Source: Octopus vulgaris (taxonomy: Eukaryota). Taken from it: a stretch of 64,000 nucleotides of DNA. Location: contig OX597814.1 of the NCBI GenBank assembly GCA_951406725.2, positions 94,426,001-94,490,000 on the forward strand, in the 5' to 3' direction. The notes beneath the pieces are model-generated. The model saw nothing but the letters and a program-made list of their open reading frames with translations. It did not search any database and was not told the origin of the DNA. This document shows, one piece after another, positions 12,766 to 26,383 of the stretch (the stretch's first letter is position 1; every line of letters begins with the position of its first letter). The position numbers and the translations under genes were made by a program.

Positions 12766-13674
12766 ATGTATACGCGCATAGAAATTATGTATAGGTCACA
12801 AGTCTGAATTTATAAAGTAAGAAGAATGGAATATTGTTACGAATTATTCACATTTATTACTTACATTAATAAAACGATATGACTTCAAGCAAGAATAACG
12901 ACTACTCCCCGATATTTAGCAGTCCACCTCATCTCTCATCCATATGTTTAAAAGAGCGTATTTTGCGTTGGTGTTATTGTTGTCATACAGACTAGATTCT
13001 TCAAGATTTGGTAGATTTACGACACGAAGCTTAGGTGATCTAACATCTTGTGAGTGTGTGATCCGCAAATTTATTATTCTAGATATACAACGCCTCCATC
13101 CAGTCTAGGGTCAGATAATTTTCTCTTCTACACATTGGTTATCATAGATGTCGTGCAGTCAAGTCCAAAGTTACATGTTATTAACAACTCCAGATTTCTC
13201 TAGAAATATCTCTTGCCTATTTGAAGAAATGAGTCTATATAATTTTCTTTTAATTCCTTACTATTTAAATATCTTCTATTGCAACATGTTTGCGCATAAT
13301 TAAAAATTTACGACCAGGAGAAAGAGTAAACATTAATTTTGTCCTAGCGAAACGTGCATAAATTTTGAAATAATTAATCGTTTTTGATTTCCTTTTATTA
13401 TTTAATCAATACGATAGAATAAGTACCAGGTTTTAAAATAAGTACTAGGTCAATTTGTCCAACTAAACCCGTAAAGGCATTGCCCCAACATGGCCGCATT
13501 GGAATAAATAAAATATAATAGATGCAGATAAATCTATATATACATATACATACATATATGTATACACACATTACACGCATGCACATACAAATATTCATAA
13601 TTATATATATGTATATTCACATATACATTTATATATCTACATATATATTTACATCCACATACACATGTACTGGT

Positions 13675-14035
13675 AGATCCATTAGAACAAAAGATGGACA
13701 AATTTTCACAAATGCAGATATGAACAGTAAAAGCAGAAATTTAATCTACTGCATTAAATGCCCTAATTGCGAGAAACTGTATATTGGCGAGACAGGGAAT
13801 GCATTATCGGAACGCTCACGAGTTCACAGATAACAAATCCGGAACACTAATGTTCACCAAATTGCCATGACGAACTTATAGAAATATGTGGTCGAAAAAT
13901 GTTCCTAATGTTTTCCTTTCTACAAACAACATGATACAAGTAAGGTTGGAAGAAAGATAAAAGAAAAACGCTTTGCTAAAATGTTCAAACCTGTTCTGAT
14001 CAAAAATAACAAGAATATTATAACAACCAGTTAAT
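13675..14035 (+). mobile_element. Penelope-like element fragment (GIY-YIG endonuclease)
   Basis: NLIYCIKCPNCEKLYIGETGNALSERSRVHR is a GIY-YIG motif with CxxC typical of PLEs; interrupted by stops. Confidence 0.85.
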
Positions 14036-14539
14036 GATGTCGATTAAGAAATATCTTTAACATATGCATATAAACAAATTACAGAAGATTCCTACGGATA
14101 GAAATAAAAACGATCGAAACCAATTAAGTTTGTTCAGTCATAAAACCATTACATGCAAATCGCAAGCTAATCGGTTAAAATATCAGTGCACCTGGTGAAC
14201 CGTGGCGTTCAAGCTGCATGCTAGTTGGTCATAACCGTATTCGAAAACTTCAGCTTGTCGGAGCTTTCAAAAAGGTATAAAAATGAAGAAGTCGGTACGT
14301 TTACTACATTTGCCAAGCACTCAACTCAACTGTTAGATAATACATTATGAAATCTGATGATTACTACGAACGTATTAAAGCACTAATTGAACTAATATGA
14401 ACTAATATGAACATTACCAAACATTTTTCAATGTTTAACACACTTTAACAGTGTAAAAAATCTTTTAAAATACAATGATAAAAACGTGAAAACCTGACCA
14501 TGTTGTTACTTTATTCAACTGATATATATATATATATAT

Positions 14540-14867
14540 GTGAGGGCGCCTGGCTTAGTGGTTAGGGCATTCGGCTCATGATCGTAAGGTTGTGAGTTCG
14601 ATTCCCGGCGACGCGTTGTGTCCTTGAGCAAAACACTTTATTTCACGTTGCTCCAGTCCACTCAGCTGGCAAAAATGAGTTGTACTTGTATTTCAAAGGG
14701 TCAGCCTTGTCACTCTCTGTGTCACGCTGATTATCCCCGAGAACTACGTCAAGGGTACACGTGTCTGTGGAATGCTCAGCGATTTGCACGTTAATTTCAC
14801 GAGCAAGCTGTTCCGTTGATCGTATCAGCTGGGACCCTCATCGTCGTAACCGGTGGAGTCTTTTTTT

Positions 14868-14868
<1 letters not shown>
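14540..14868 (+). mobile_element. tRNA-derived SINE with conserved central (Meta/CORE-like) domain
   Basis: A box tggcttagtgg, B box gagttcgattccc, central tgtgtccttgagcaaaacacttta...gctccagtccactcagctg, T-rich end; flanked by (TA)n. Confidence 0.85.
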
Positions 14869-14916
<48 letters not shown>

Positions 14917-15139
14917 CAATTAAACGTGTTATGAGTATTATAGGATAAAATCCTATATAAACCCAACTAATAGTTAAAAATGGAGGAGAGAACATATATT
15001 CCTGTTAAGATATTAAAAGTTTTTAAAAATTTATAATTTATATATATGTACATATATATATATGTATATGTATATATATGTATGTATATATATAAATAAA
15101 TATATATATATATATACATATATAAATATATATATATAT

Positions 15140-15566
15140 ATCTGCATGATGTGGAAAATATTCCATCAGCATTGCCCAAATGATGTTGGCATCACCTTTA
15201 AGGTACATCCAAGGCTTGGGCCCCGTGCAATCCGCCCAAAACAAAAATCGCACTCTCATCTCATAACAACAATACGGCACAATTATTTCACCTCAATTGG
15301 CCCCGCTCTCTTTAACATTACACTAAAACACATTAAAACAGAAACAGACCCAATACAGTTCAAGAAGTCTTTGGACAGATTCCTTGAAGAAATCCCGGAT
15401 AAACCCCCTACACCCGGATATGTCTCTGTAAACAATAACTCTCTACTTGAGTGGGCCATAGTGCCCAAATTCTGACTTGAAAGACTTCACCAGGTGGTGC
15501 TATTAAGTTAGACATGGCCCGGGCCAATAATGGCCGAAACCTATCAAAGTATCAAAGTATCAAAGT
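15140..15566 (+). mobile_element. 5'-truncated CR1/L2-group LINE 3' end
   Basis: ORF2 C-terminus GPALFN...FKKSLDRFLEEIPDKPPTPGY...NSLLEW, 3' stem-loop ggcca-ataa-tggcc and (atcaaagt)3 tail; (TA)n on both sides. Confidence 0.8.
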
Positions 15567-15655
<89 letters not shown>

Positions 15656-16020
15656 TATATAAATTTATGTATCCATATACATGTATATGCGCATGTGTGA
15701 ATAGATTGTGTGTTGGAAAGTTACAGTAGAGTTAAACACTAAATAGGGTGGCACCTCTTAGAAGCCTAAGCGACAGGGGACTAATCAAGAGGGGGTTGAA
15801 ACAAACGAAAGCATTTATCAGAATTCAAACATATTAGTAACAGCAAATATCAAACTTCTGAAAAGGCATGAACTCACAGGAGAACTAAAGTTCAGGTGAA
15901 AGTGTGGTCGTAAGTGGCAAGATTGAATGCCAATTCAGAGATTCATAGGAAAGAAGTAAAACAAATAATCAGATGCAAGAAAAGCATACGGTTGTGTATT
16001 TAATTTGATATATATGTGTG

Positions 16021-16065
<45 letters not shown>

Positions 16066-16098
16066 AGATAGATAGATAGATAGATGAAACAAGAGTTA

Positions 16099-16135
<37 letters not shown>

Positions 16136-16185
16136 TGAGAAAGTTGGTATGTGAAAGCACGTAGTCTTTTCACTTTTTACTATTT

Positions 16186-16218
<33 letters not shown>

Positions 16219-16742
16219 GTAATTTTTTGTGAATATGTGTGTTTATGAAGAGATGCATAGGTAGATAGATACACAGATTCATACATACATTCTTACATAC
16301 ATACTTACATAACTACATAGATAGAAAGAGAGAGAAAGAGCGAGAGGGAGAAAGAATAAAACAACAGTAAACAAGAACAACTTGGGAAATCTCAGAAGGC
16401 AAACCTTAGGATAGATTTCTCCGAGACTGATGACGCTAAGTAAAGAAGAGACGACAGCTGTCAAAGCTCAGTGATACGTAAGAATTTATGAAAGAGTATT
16501 CAGAAAATATGTATGGACATATTTGGATTTTTGCCAGCTGAAAGTGAGACAGAACGGTGGAATCGACTTCACAAATATATCGTTAATCTATCATCAGAGA
16601 AAATTCGGCTTAAATGACAATATTACTAATGTTCGAACGAATGGTTTATCTGCGTAGAAGAACTGACCTGGTGTGAGTAATATCAATGGAGTTTCAGAGT
16701 TTTGTGACAGAGGATCAAGTAAGCATATATATATATATATGA

Positions 16743-16826
<84 letters not shown>

Positions 16827-17430
16827 TTGTATGTATGTATGTACATATGTATGTATGTACGTATGTATGTATGTATGTATGTAAAACAAATTTAGTGATT
16901 ACATAGCTGCAACAACATCCAGATTAAACATGCAGATTAAGTCTACTTATCTGTAACAACTATTTACTTATTTTCCGTATTCCACATTTTCTCTCTTCTT
17001 AATTTTTCCCCCACTGCTGCTCTTTCATTACTCTTACCCCTTCATCCTATAACTATTATTATACATGCCAAGCGTTTTCAATTCTTCTTTATCATAATTC
17101 TAAAAATACAACAGCGAATTATTATACCGATCTTTTTCAGTCACAGTATAAAAATACATAAATATGTGGAGTGGGGTGCGCGTGTGACGGGCTTTTGTGG
17201 ATTTCCGCTCTATAAAGATTTCACACAAAAATTCCTCATTAGCTCGATACCACAACTGAAGCCATTTGCTCCAAATGCTATGCAATAGGATTCAACACGG
17301 AACTAGAGCATGAATCAAATTTCTTAACTGCACAGCTATGCCAGCGCCTACTATTGATAAATCGACACACACAAACATGCACACACACACACACACACAT
17401 ACACACACATACACGCGTGAATATATATAT

Positions 17431-17502
<72 letters not shown>

Positions 17503-17507
<5 letters not shown>

Positions 17508-17803
17508 CGTGATCACCGTGACTGATCAGATGTTGCTACACATCGCTGGTCACAATGTGCTTCGCATTGTTTTAGCCTTCAAATGACGCCACCCCGCTGG
17601 CTAAGTGAGCAGGCCAACAGAAGACAGGGTGAGAGAAAGTTGTGGCGAAAGAGTACAGCAGGGATCGCCACCACCCACTGACGGAGCATCGTGGAGATTT
17701 AGTTGTGTTTTCGCTCAATAAAAACTTACAACGCCCACTCTGGGAATCGAAACCACGATCCTACGACCGCGAGTCCGCTGCCCTAACCACTGGGTCATTC
17801 CGC

Positions 17804-17807
<4 letters not shown>
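17503..17807 (-). mobile_element. SINE family B head/body with an alternative 3' tail
   Basis: Same tRNA-like head and body as 2154-2449 (ttttcgctcaataaa, gaaagttgtggc); different distal ~120 bp ending in (cacggtgat)2. Confidence 0.85.
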
Positions 17808-17871
<64 letters not shown>

Positions 17872-18726
17872 AATTAACTGTCAGTTTATTCATAGCCCGA
17901 TGTCTTAGACTGATTTTCATTCTAGCATTCAGAGCGAGGCTTGGTCATCACCCATGATCTGCTGTAACAGTGAAACCACGTGATGTGGTGCTGACAATCA
18001 CAGGTGCAGACAATCATGTCATCAGCTAGTATAGACGTGCTTAATTTGCACGTATCGACAATACCAGATGGTGTCTCTGGATATATACGGGAATCATGTA
18101 GCAGTTTAAGGCGTTCGAGGATATTACTAAACATTTTGGGGTAGAACTTTTTTCTAGTGTGAGAGCGCTTTCGTTATATCTTTTCAAACACATGTTCTCT
18201 TAAAGAGGAAGTTAATTTTGTGGTAGTGGTAGTATTATTTCCAGTTTATTTTCGGACTTATGGTTTTAATGATAACTATTCTTTAATCATTGTTTATTAT
18301 ATAGAGTGTTGGCTATTTCCGGTTTAATTTCGGATTTAGAATTCTTTTAAAGCATTCTTCTTTTACCTTTCATAGCTGTACATTTCGTAGTACATTTCGT
18401 TGTACATTTCGTAGTTGTATATTTTTATCGTTTATTTTGTAAATGGGAATATTTTATATTTTCCATTTGCACAGATATCTAGATATTCGCTGCATTTGAC
18501 ATTCCTAAGAGACGAATCCCTATTTTTTCTTTATCCACATTTAAACGGATGGTCACTTTCCTGCTCCAGCATGGCTGCAGCCAAATGTCTTGAGCAAATA
18601 AATTAATAAAAGAAAAATACACAGACACACACATATATAAATGTGTATATATAATATATACATTATATATATATATATGTATAAATATACATGTATATAT
18701 ATGTATATGTATATATGTATATATAA

Positions 18727-18769
<43 letters not shown>

Positions 18770-18837
18770 CATACATATATGTATATATATACATATATAT
18801 GTATATATGCATATATATATAAATATATACATATATA

Positions 18838-18895
<58 letters not shown>

Positions 18896-18898
<3 letters not shown>

Positions 18899-19633
18899 AC
18901 ATTACCCAATCTCATTAATAAATGAAAGCATTAAAAGAACTAAGGAAATAGATATACAAATGTTAAGGAAAACTAACCGAAATACTAAACCAAACTTAAA
19001 AATACTCCCGTACATTTCCACACATAACCCTAGAAAAAACGAAGCCTTCAACATGATCACCCAAAATCTTCCCGTCCTCACAGCAGACAAAACAATGAAC
19101 GAAATTTTAAGCTCATACAAAATTATGAAAAGCAAAAAGCAACCGAAGTCACTGAAAAAATTATTAACCGGCGCAAGACTGTATCCACTAACAACAGACC
19201 CAAAAGTGAAAAAATGTGGACGTACTAACTGTGGAACATGCCCCCACCTTCTGGAGGGTTCAGAATTTCACTTCATATAAGGAGAAATATTTAAGATCAA
19301 ATCAAATTCACTTGCGCCTCAGTAAATATAATCTATGTCATGATATGCATAGGATGTGGTAAACTCTATATTGGACAAACAGGAATTTCACTGCGTCAAA
19401 GAACCACCATTCACAAAGAGCAAATCCGCTACCCACAATACAGACAGTTAAAGGTGAGTGAACTCATAGAAAGGTGTGCCAGGAATCTTAATCCCAATTT
19501 CCAAATCTTCCCCTTCTATCAATGTTCACAGAACACCACAATGCAACAAAGGTTGAATAAAAAGGCATTTTTCATCAATGGATATCTCCCCCAACTAAAT
19601 ATGAACACACAACTCAATACAGAATACCACTAA
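18896..19633 (+). mobile_element. Penelope-like element, 5'-truncated (RT C-terminus, Cys linker, GIY-YIG)
   Basis: [12 protein letters not shown]...LPYISTHNP...[10 protein letters not shown]...[10 protein letters not shown], then IYVMICIGCGKLYIGQTG..LRQR..H. Stop/frameshift at ~19280-19310; begins directly after (TA)n. Confidence 0.92.
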
Positions 19634-20849
19634 CCCTTCAATTTAAACCACTAACCCCTATACACTACCTACACCATTCACATCTCTAAATCCAGAACTA
19701 CTTACCTCCCTTACAAATAATCTTTTTTCTCAGGAACTATTAGACCTGACACCGTGTATTAGCGGGTGTTTTCAAAACGATGAATAGCTTTGCGGAAACC
19801 ATGGTATATTTTGTTTTCTGACTTTATAATCATCATATAATCATCTCATAATAATGACTTTTATGACTTTTATTACTACCTCAGTCAATCTAAATGTATA
19901 TATGTGTCGTTACCTGTCATAAAAAGCCTTTTTTTTTTATTTACAATGTGCATTTTCGTTGATTTTTCATATTTTACCCTTACATTTCCACGTGTATTTT
20001 ATATTTTCTTTTTGTAACATATTTCTACTATATATATATATAATTTTGACTGTATATATAATATATATACACACATGCATCATCATTTTGTGTATTTCTT
20101 ACTTTTTGGGAAAAATCAGTAGGAACGTTGGTGAACATCATAAGTTCAAGCCACGCAGGTATTTGATCTTCGTCTAGTAACTCTAGAAATATTCTTTCCT
20201 CCACTAACATTGCACGAAGGTATCTACGTCGAGGAATCTACATGGTAGTTCGACCTAGTAGAAAACACGTCGACATATTTCCTACAAAAAATTCTTTACT
20301 TTATTTAAAAACAATACAATGCCACATTGGGCACTACTGTTTTAGGCATGGAAGAAACGGTATTACCGTAGCTGGATTAACTTTAATTTATGTGCTTTTG
20401 AGTTTCAAATCACTAAGATCATCATTGTCTCTCACCTTTAGCAAGTCGATAAAAAAAGTACTAATCCAAAATGGTGGACAGACAAAATATTAGAACGTTG
20501 GATCGGATGCCTTGCAGTGTTTGTTCTGGGTCTTTGTGTTCAGGTTTCAAATTTCGCTAAGGTCTAATTGGGCATTAGCCCTGTTCAATACTACTATCTG
20601 GTACCTTGGGTGATTTTAGCTGATTAGACACTGATGCAAGCATTTGGGCTGGGCTTTCCGCTTGATAATACTTTTCCCTCGCTTTCCAGTTGTCATGGAG
20701 GCCCTGTAACGGGCACTACTCAGCCTTTCATAGTAGACATAATTATATAAAAAGTATATAAAAAGTAAACAAGCATACACCACAAACACTGTCGCAAAAC
20801 CTTTCTTAAAATTATACATTTTGAAAACCTCAGCACTTGTTTTATTCAC

Positions 20850-20920
20850 TTAGTTTGCAGAAAGTAAACCATCCGAAATCATGGAGATTGATGCAGTTAA
20901 TATTCAATGCACGTTGACAG
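20850..20920 (-). CDS. Candidate exon 5 (CQRALNINCINLHDFGWFTFCKL)
   Basis: Acceptor tattttctgcag|, donor TAA|GTGAAT; phase 2 to 1. Confidence 0.38.
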
Positions 20921-22488
20921 CTGCAGAAAATACACGTGAGGGAAGAACTTTAAGAGAAGTACACAATTGCATTAAATGACTGAATATAGGGAATTTGGTG
21001 GTAAGAAAACATAATAATACCTGGTGGTAAGAAAACATAATAAGGGTAACGTGATTTGAAATAGAGACGATTGGATTGGGGATTTCCAAGTGTAAGGATA
21101 CGAAACTAGCCAGTTTGGGCAGCAGAGACTATTCTAGTAATAGAAGGAAAAAAAGTTAAGTGTTTAGTTCTCTTATTCGTGTTATTTATGTAGAATTTGC
21201 AGTAGTTTTTAAAGAAAAGCACGTGAGAAACTTTCGAAGCATCGGATAGTTGCTGTCAATAATATGGCGATTCATTGTCAATCCCTGCATGTGTTAAAAT
21301 TTATTATCACTACATAACTGGTTGTGTTAAGTGCATGCTAAATGCTTTTGGTTGTTTTTGTACTTACCAGTAATCGATTTTATATAAAATGCTTTACTTG
21401 TTGTAATCTTCCTTTAAGCATCATTGTTTTAAGAAATGAATACAGCGATAAACACTTACATAGAAAACATGAAAAATAAAACAACACTCACTAGGTAAAC
21501 AAAAGGAGCTGTGGATGGTACATCTTTTCTTGCAAATGGTAGATAACAAGAAACAAAATTCATTAGTGTTATTCCTGAACTAACATTCTTAATATGAGAA
21601 AAGAAACTTGTGGAGCGACTTTAACACTAGACGGTCAGACTAAACGCTATACTTTATTTTCTTTATCTTATTCTCTTTCTCTCTGTACGATATAACGTCA
21701 TCACCAATTTCAGTTCTCCGTTGTTCTTAAAATTATCACCAAGCATTATTCAATGTAGTTAACTCTATCTACCCGACAAATGTTTCACCTCGTGTCAATG
21801 TAAGAATTTTAAAATATATCATAAAATCATAGTAAACCAAGCTGTAATGATTTCTTTTTCTTTTTTGACGGATCCATTTTACTTCACTTCTGCTGTATTG
21901 GAAAATATGTGAGACTCACACCACCTATTTCACTCCATTAAGATATACGACTGTTTTCTAAATACATGACGAAATCTGTGAATATATCGTCTTCATAAAA
22001 GCTGAACTACGATATATAAGCCAACATATAAATTCAAAGTGAGTCCATAGAATAAGAATTCAATTGCAAGCATTATATTTGTTATTACCACAAGACTTAA
22101 CTGATTACAACGGTAAATATTCATCCCCGTATCAACGATTCCCTTGTGAAAGAAGAACTTTTGCAGCATACAGAATTTCTTAAACACAATACTATAGGGA
22201 GAGCAATTATACAAATCTACAATCGTTCAGTATAGAATTGTATTCATGAATACTTATTGCATATTTTAATGACATCTTGGGAAGTAATTTGAATTGTTAT
22301 CAGAAATAACAGTTTGAACAACACATGAAACAATACCTATTGATGTCTTATTCAGACACACAGATAAAAGTTTATGAGGAGCACGAAATAAAGTATGAAG
22401 CACTCTTGTTCTCAAGTACATTGGGATTTAAATCTTTTCAGTACATTGGGATTTAAAACTTTTCAGCGCTTATCATACTGCCACTTAC

Positions 22489-22571
22489 TCGTTTTCGATA
22501 AGGCACAAGTCGATGCTGTTTGTGTTGTTGATGCCGATGATGTTCAGCTGCAAGTCAGTGCTGCTGGAGTC
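22489..22571 (-). CDS. Candidate exon 4 (DSSSTDLQLNIIGINNTNSIDLCLIEN)
   Basis: Acceptor ttttgttcacag|, donor CGA|GTAAGT; phase 0 to 2 bridges exons 3 and 5. May overlap an old repeat remnant. Confidence 0.38.
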
Positions 22572-24897
22572 CTGTGAACAAAAGCCTTCCAGCTGTGACC
22601 ACCTCATCTTGTTTCATGAATAGTATAACTAGGATTACTAAATGTATCTATTTTATTTTAAGGCAGTGTGTTCTTCCTTCAGTTTATTTCACTAGGATAA
22701 ATTTTGCTGTTGTTATTTGATATTCGAGTAATTGCATCGAAGCTTCCGCGTTTACTTGTAAAAATCAATGTTTATGTAAGCGGATCGTATAATTTATTGA
22801 TCTGATACAATAAATTAGTAGTTATTTTATCGATACTTGTATGTCAAATGGCAATGACGATTTTGGCAGCATTTGAAGTAATAACATAGAGATGCGAATT
22901 TAAATATCGATGTGTAACACAGGGACAAAGAACCATGTTCAGAAGTTATAATCGATTAAATCAACTACAGTACTTCACTGGTATTTTATTTTATTGACTT
23001 CGGAAGATTGAATGGTTGAGCTAACCTCGGCTCAAAACTGTTACTGTCTAGAAAACATGTGAACTTCACACTACTTATTTCACCCAATATAATATAGGGC
23101 CATTATGTCAAAACAAGAAGAAATCTGAATAGTATAGATAATTTGGTTTGAAACTATAACAACACTTGCCCGGGTCATTTTTACCGATACTGAAATGAAA
23201 TTGTCCAGGCGAATTTGTCAGGTGCTCTAACAATACTTGCCCAGGTTATTTTCTCCAATATCATTATGACACAAAACAATCCACTGACTTGTACGAAACA
23301 ACATATTGATTTCAAACAGAAGCGAAAGGCCTGAAAATTCGAAGGAGCGTAATGGTCGATTATGTCACCCTGCACTAAACTATATGCTACAATACAATTG
23401 AGCCGGCTTTATATTGTTACTATTTACAGTCTACTTCTTATTCGATTAATATCAGTCAAGATAAAGCATCATTCTAGACTAACACTTTATTGAATAACAT
23501 ATCGGAAATGTCTATAAAAAGACATGCTCTTCTGCTCAATCAGCCGTCATCTACCAACTTTCGTCAATCTCGCTACTTTTACTGACATCCTCTTTGGATG
23601 ACATAAAGATATAATTTCTGTTTGGGTTATTTGTTTGTTGTAATAAAATCATTTTTAACATTGAGTCGTTCCAAAGGCGATGGATTAACGAAATAGTGGA
23701 ATCGACCGGGCGTTGGACAAAAGTTCTATATCATATTTGCTTCTCCTGATGTTCTAATTTCGATTTCGCGAAGTCAGCTTTGCATATCAACTCTACTGGT
23801 CAATAATACATGGACCAGTCAAGAACAAAGGAATCAATCTTAATCGACTATACACCCACGCCTACTCAAATTTCAAGCATTGTGCCTACGTTATAAATTG
23901 CTATTGAATAAAGATATTTCTCTTAAATACATTTACGCTAATAATTCTGATATTAAATAGTAATATGATCTAGGCAGACATCCATGGAGTCAATCGTTTG
24001 TGTCCCGTCGCAGAATTTGCTTTTAATCAATGAAGACTAACCGTAGCTCAAATAAGTTCTGATAAAAAATACCATGTATATTGCAAGTTTATGACACAAC
24101 TGAATCTAAAATAACAATATTTAATTAGCTTCTTTGCAGTTTGAGTATAAACTCTAACAAGGTCGATTTTCCATCTTGTCATTTGTACAATCGATAACAT
24201 ATGATTTTATTTTAGAAGTCACACCTCACCAGGCGACAATTAATCAACAATAAAAAAGGCTTCAAGCAACTGCTTTGTTGGGAGTTACAGCATAAAAGGA
24301 AAATATTAATATGAAGCACAGCTTTACAGACCATAAAACGAACACCATAAGATTTAAAAGAATTAAGATGATGTTTATTAGGAAAACAAAAAGAAGGAAG
24401 AGAATTATATAAGATATATGTTAAATAGATGTTCGAAGTAGAAGCTACTAGAGTTGAAGCTCTTCAGATAAAAAACGACGAATACACTGAAAGGATGATA
24501 ATTATAAACATTAAGTGACTTAGTAACATAAAGAGGAGAAACAGAAGTTCTGCAGAAGAACGCCCACAGAAGTATTTATAGAATAAAGAAGCAATGAGTC
24601 GGCGATGAGAAAGGAGTTGAAGTTTGGCTGTCTAAATATGACCAGTAGTCAGAAAATCAATTAAAACTCTATCATGGAGAAGGAAAAGCACCAGTAGAGA
24701 TATCAGACCACATGTTACCGTAATATTCCATATAACAGGGAAATGTATAAGGCTCTAAAAATAAAGAATGTATGCGGAGGAAATACAACAGATTATCTCA
24801 TATAAATGTTGGTTTGCTGTATCAGATGTAGCGAACCAACCTTGATAGTGTATCTAAATTATGTACCATATTCATTTGAATCTAAATTGTTGCTGAA

Positions 24898-24945
<48 letters not shown>

Positions 24946-24947
<2 letters not shown>

Positions 24948-25106
24948 CGATGGGCTTTCTTTAGTTTCCGTCTACCAAATCCACTTATAAGGCTTTGATC
25001 GACCCAAGGCTATAGTAGAAGACATTTGCACAAGTTGCAACACAGTGGGACTGAAGCTAGAACCAAGTGGTTGAGAAGCAAAGTTCTACCACACAGCTAC
25101 ACCTGC
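24946..25106 (-). mobile_element. SINE family D, 5' half
   Basis: Reverse complement of gtagctgtgtggtag...ttcagtcccactg...gtggatttggtagacggaaact; homologous to 29716 and 57993 copies. Confidence 0.8.
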
Positions 25107-25179
25107 ATACATAGATACATACATAATATATAATATATCTCTATATACATACATACAAACATATATATGTAGGTATGCA

Positions 25180-25236
<57 letters not shown>

Positions 25237-25237
<1 letters not shown>

Positions 25238-26276
25238 CTTTATATATATAAAACTGAGAATGTGTGTGTGTGTCTGTCTGTCTGTCTGTTTCCCTAAAAC
25301 TTGAGAACTACACAACCAATTTCATTCAAATTTTACACATGCCTTACTTAGGGTCCATGTAGTTTCATGGGAAAAATAATGTTCAACTTCTTGCTTAGAG
25401 CGAGCCCATAGCAATATCATATCTTCTCCACTATTTAAGTATTACGTGTTAAAAGTGAAACAAAAACATTTCTCTATTTTATATCAGATACTTTCACTTT
25501 AACAATAAAAATAATAATAACAATTGAATTATATGTAGTAAGTAATAATTAAAATCAAACTAAAGTATAATATAATCGTAACATAACAAAAGTAAAAATA
25601 GCAATTGGTATAAAATTGCATAAATGACCTGAACTTGAATAAGTGGTTTCACATAAATGGGAATAAATTAAAAATAAAATTAGCGTGCAGAATTGGAATA
25701 GTCCAGGTGGATAATAAAAAATTAAATTAAAGAAAAGACTATTGTCTTTAAAGTATACAATGTAGAGAAATAAAGATTTGAACACCTGGAGGAAAGCACC
25801 ATCGGAAAGTGTCTTGGTGCATCTATGAAAGATATCTAACTAGAGGCGGTAAATTCGCCACAATAGAAGCAAGGTTCGAGTCAACGGAGCGGGCAAGGGA
25901 GTACTCGACTCGAATTGCAAAGTGGAAATATTTTATTTTTACCTTTATATCTGGGATGTAGGACGTCCCGGATAAAAATTTAAAATGCCCCCCTCCCCAC
26001 CAGAAGTAGAGGTAGGCTTGATTGTAGCCACACTTCTATACAAGAGGGAGGACAAGATACAATTGATCGAAATTACAAGAGACGGGCTAACAATTCCGGT
26101 CTGTTATATATTTTGAGTATTGTTATCACTAGCGATATCAAGATATAACTTTGTATTTTGTATTTTATGTGTAGATGTATATATATATAGATGTACATGT
26201 AATATGTACACATATATATACACATATATACATGCACTAGCACTATGACCTGGCAACGCCGGGTCTTTAATGCTAG
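25237..26276 (+). mobile_element. Non-autonomous Helitron-like element (~1.04 kb)
   Basis: 5' A|TCtttatatatataaaactgag followed by (GTCT)n; 3' hairpin gacctggc-aac-gccgggtc then CTAG|T; no TSD. That both ends belong to one element is inferred. Confidence 0.72.
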
Positions 26277-26292
26277 TATATATATATATATG

Positions 26293-26351
<59 letters not shown>

Positions 26352-26383
26352 CAAAAGACGGGGTGGTGTTTCCACGAAGGAAA

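Noticed and set aside
12900-13350. Possible Tc1 transposase remnant on the minus strand
   Set aside because: Too decayed to support with specific motifs.
14354-14375. CTGATGA-ttactac-GAACGTA downstream of the Penelope fragment
   Set aside because: Context fits, but stems do not form and the core is incomplete.
14540-14612. tRNA-like sequences (also ~2378-2449 and ~17735-17807)
   Set aside because: They continue into SINE bodies and tails and lack a proper acceptor stem; SINE heads, not tRNA genes.
16427-16463. CTGATGA...GACAGCTGTC hammerhead-like string
   Set aside because: GAAA missing, no stem II or stem I pairing, no PLE context.
21492-21587. Alternative minus-strand exon NVSSGITLMNFVSCYLPFARKDVPSTAPFVYL
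   Set aside because: Good donor but phase 0 to 0 does not fit between candidate exons 4 and 5; shows such exon-like hits arise by chance.
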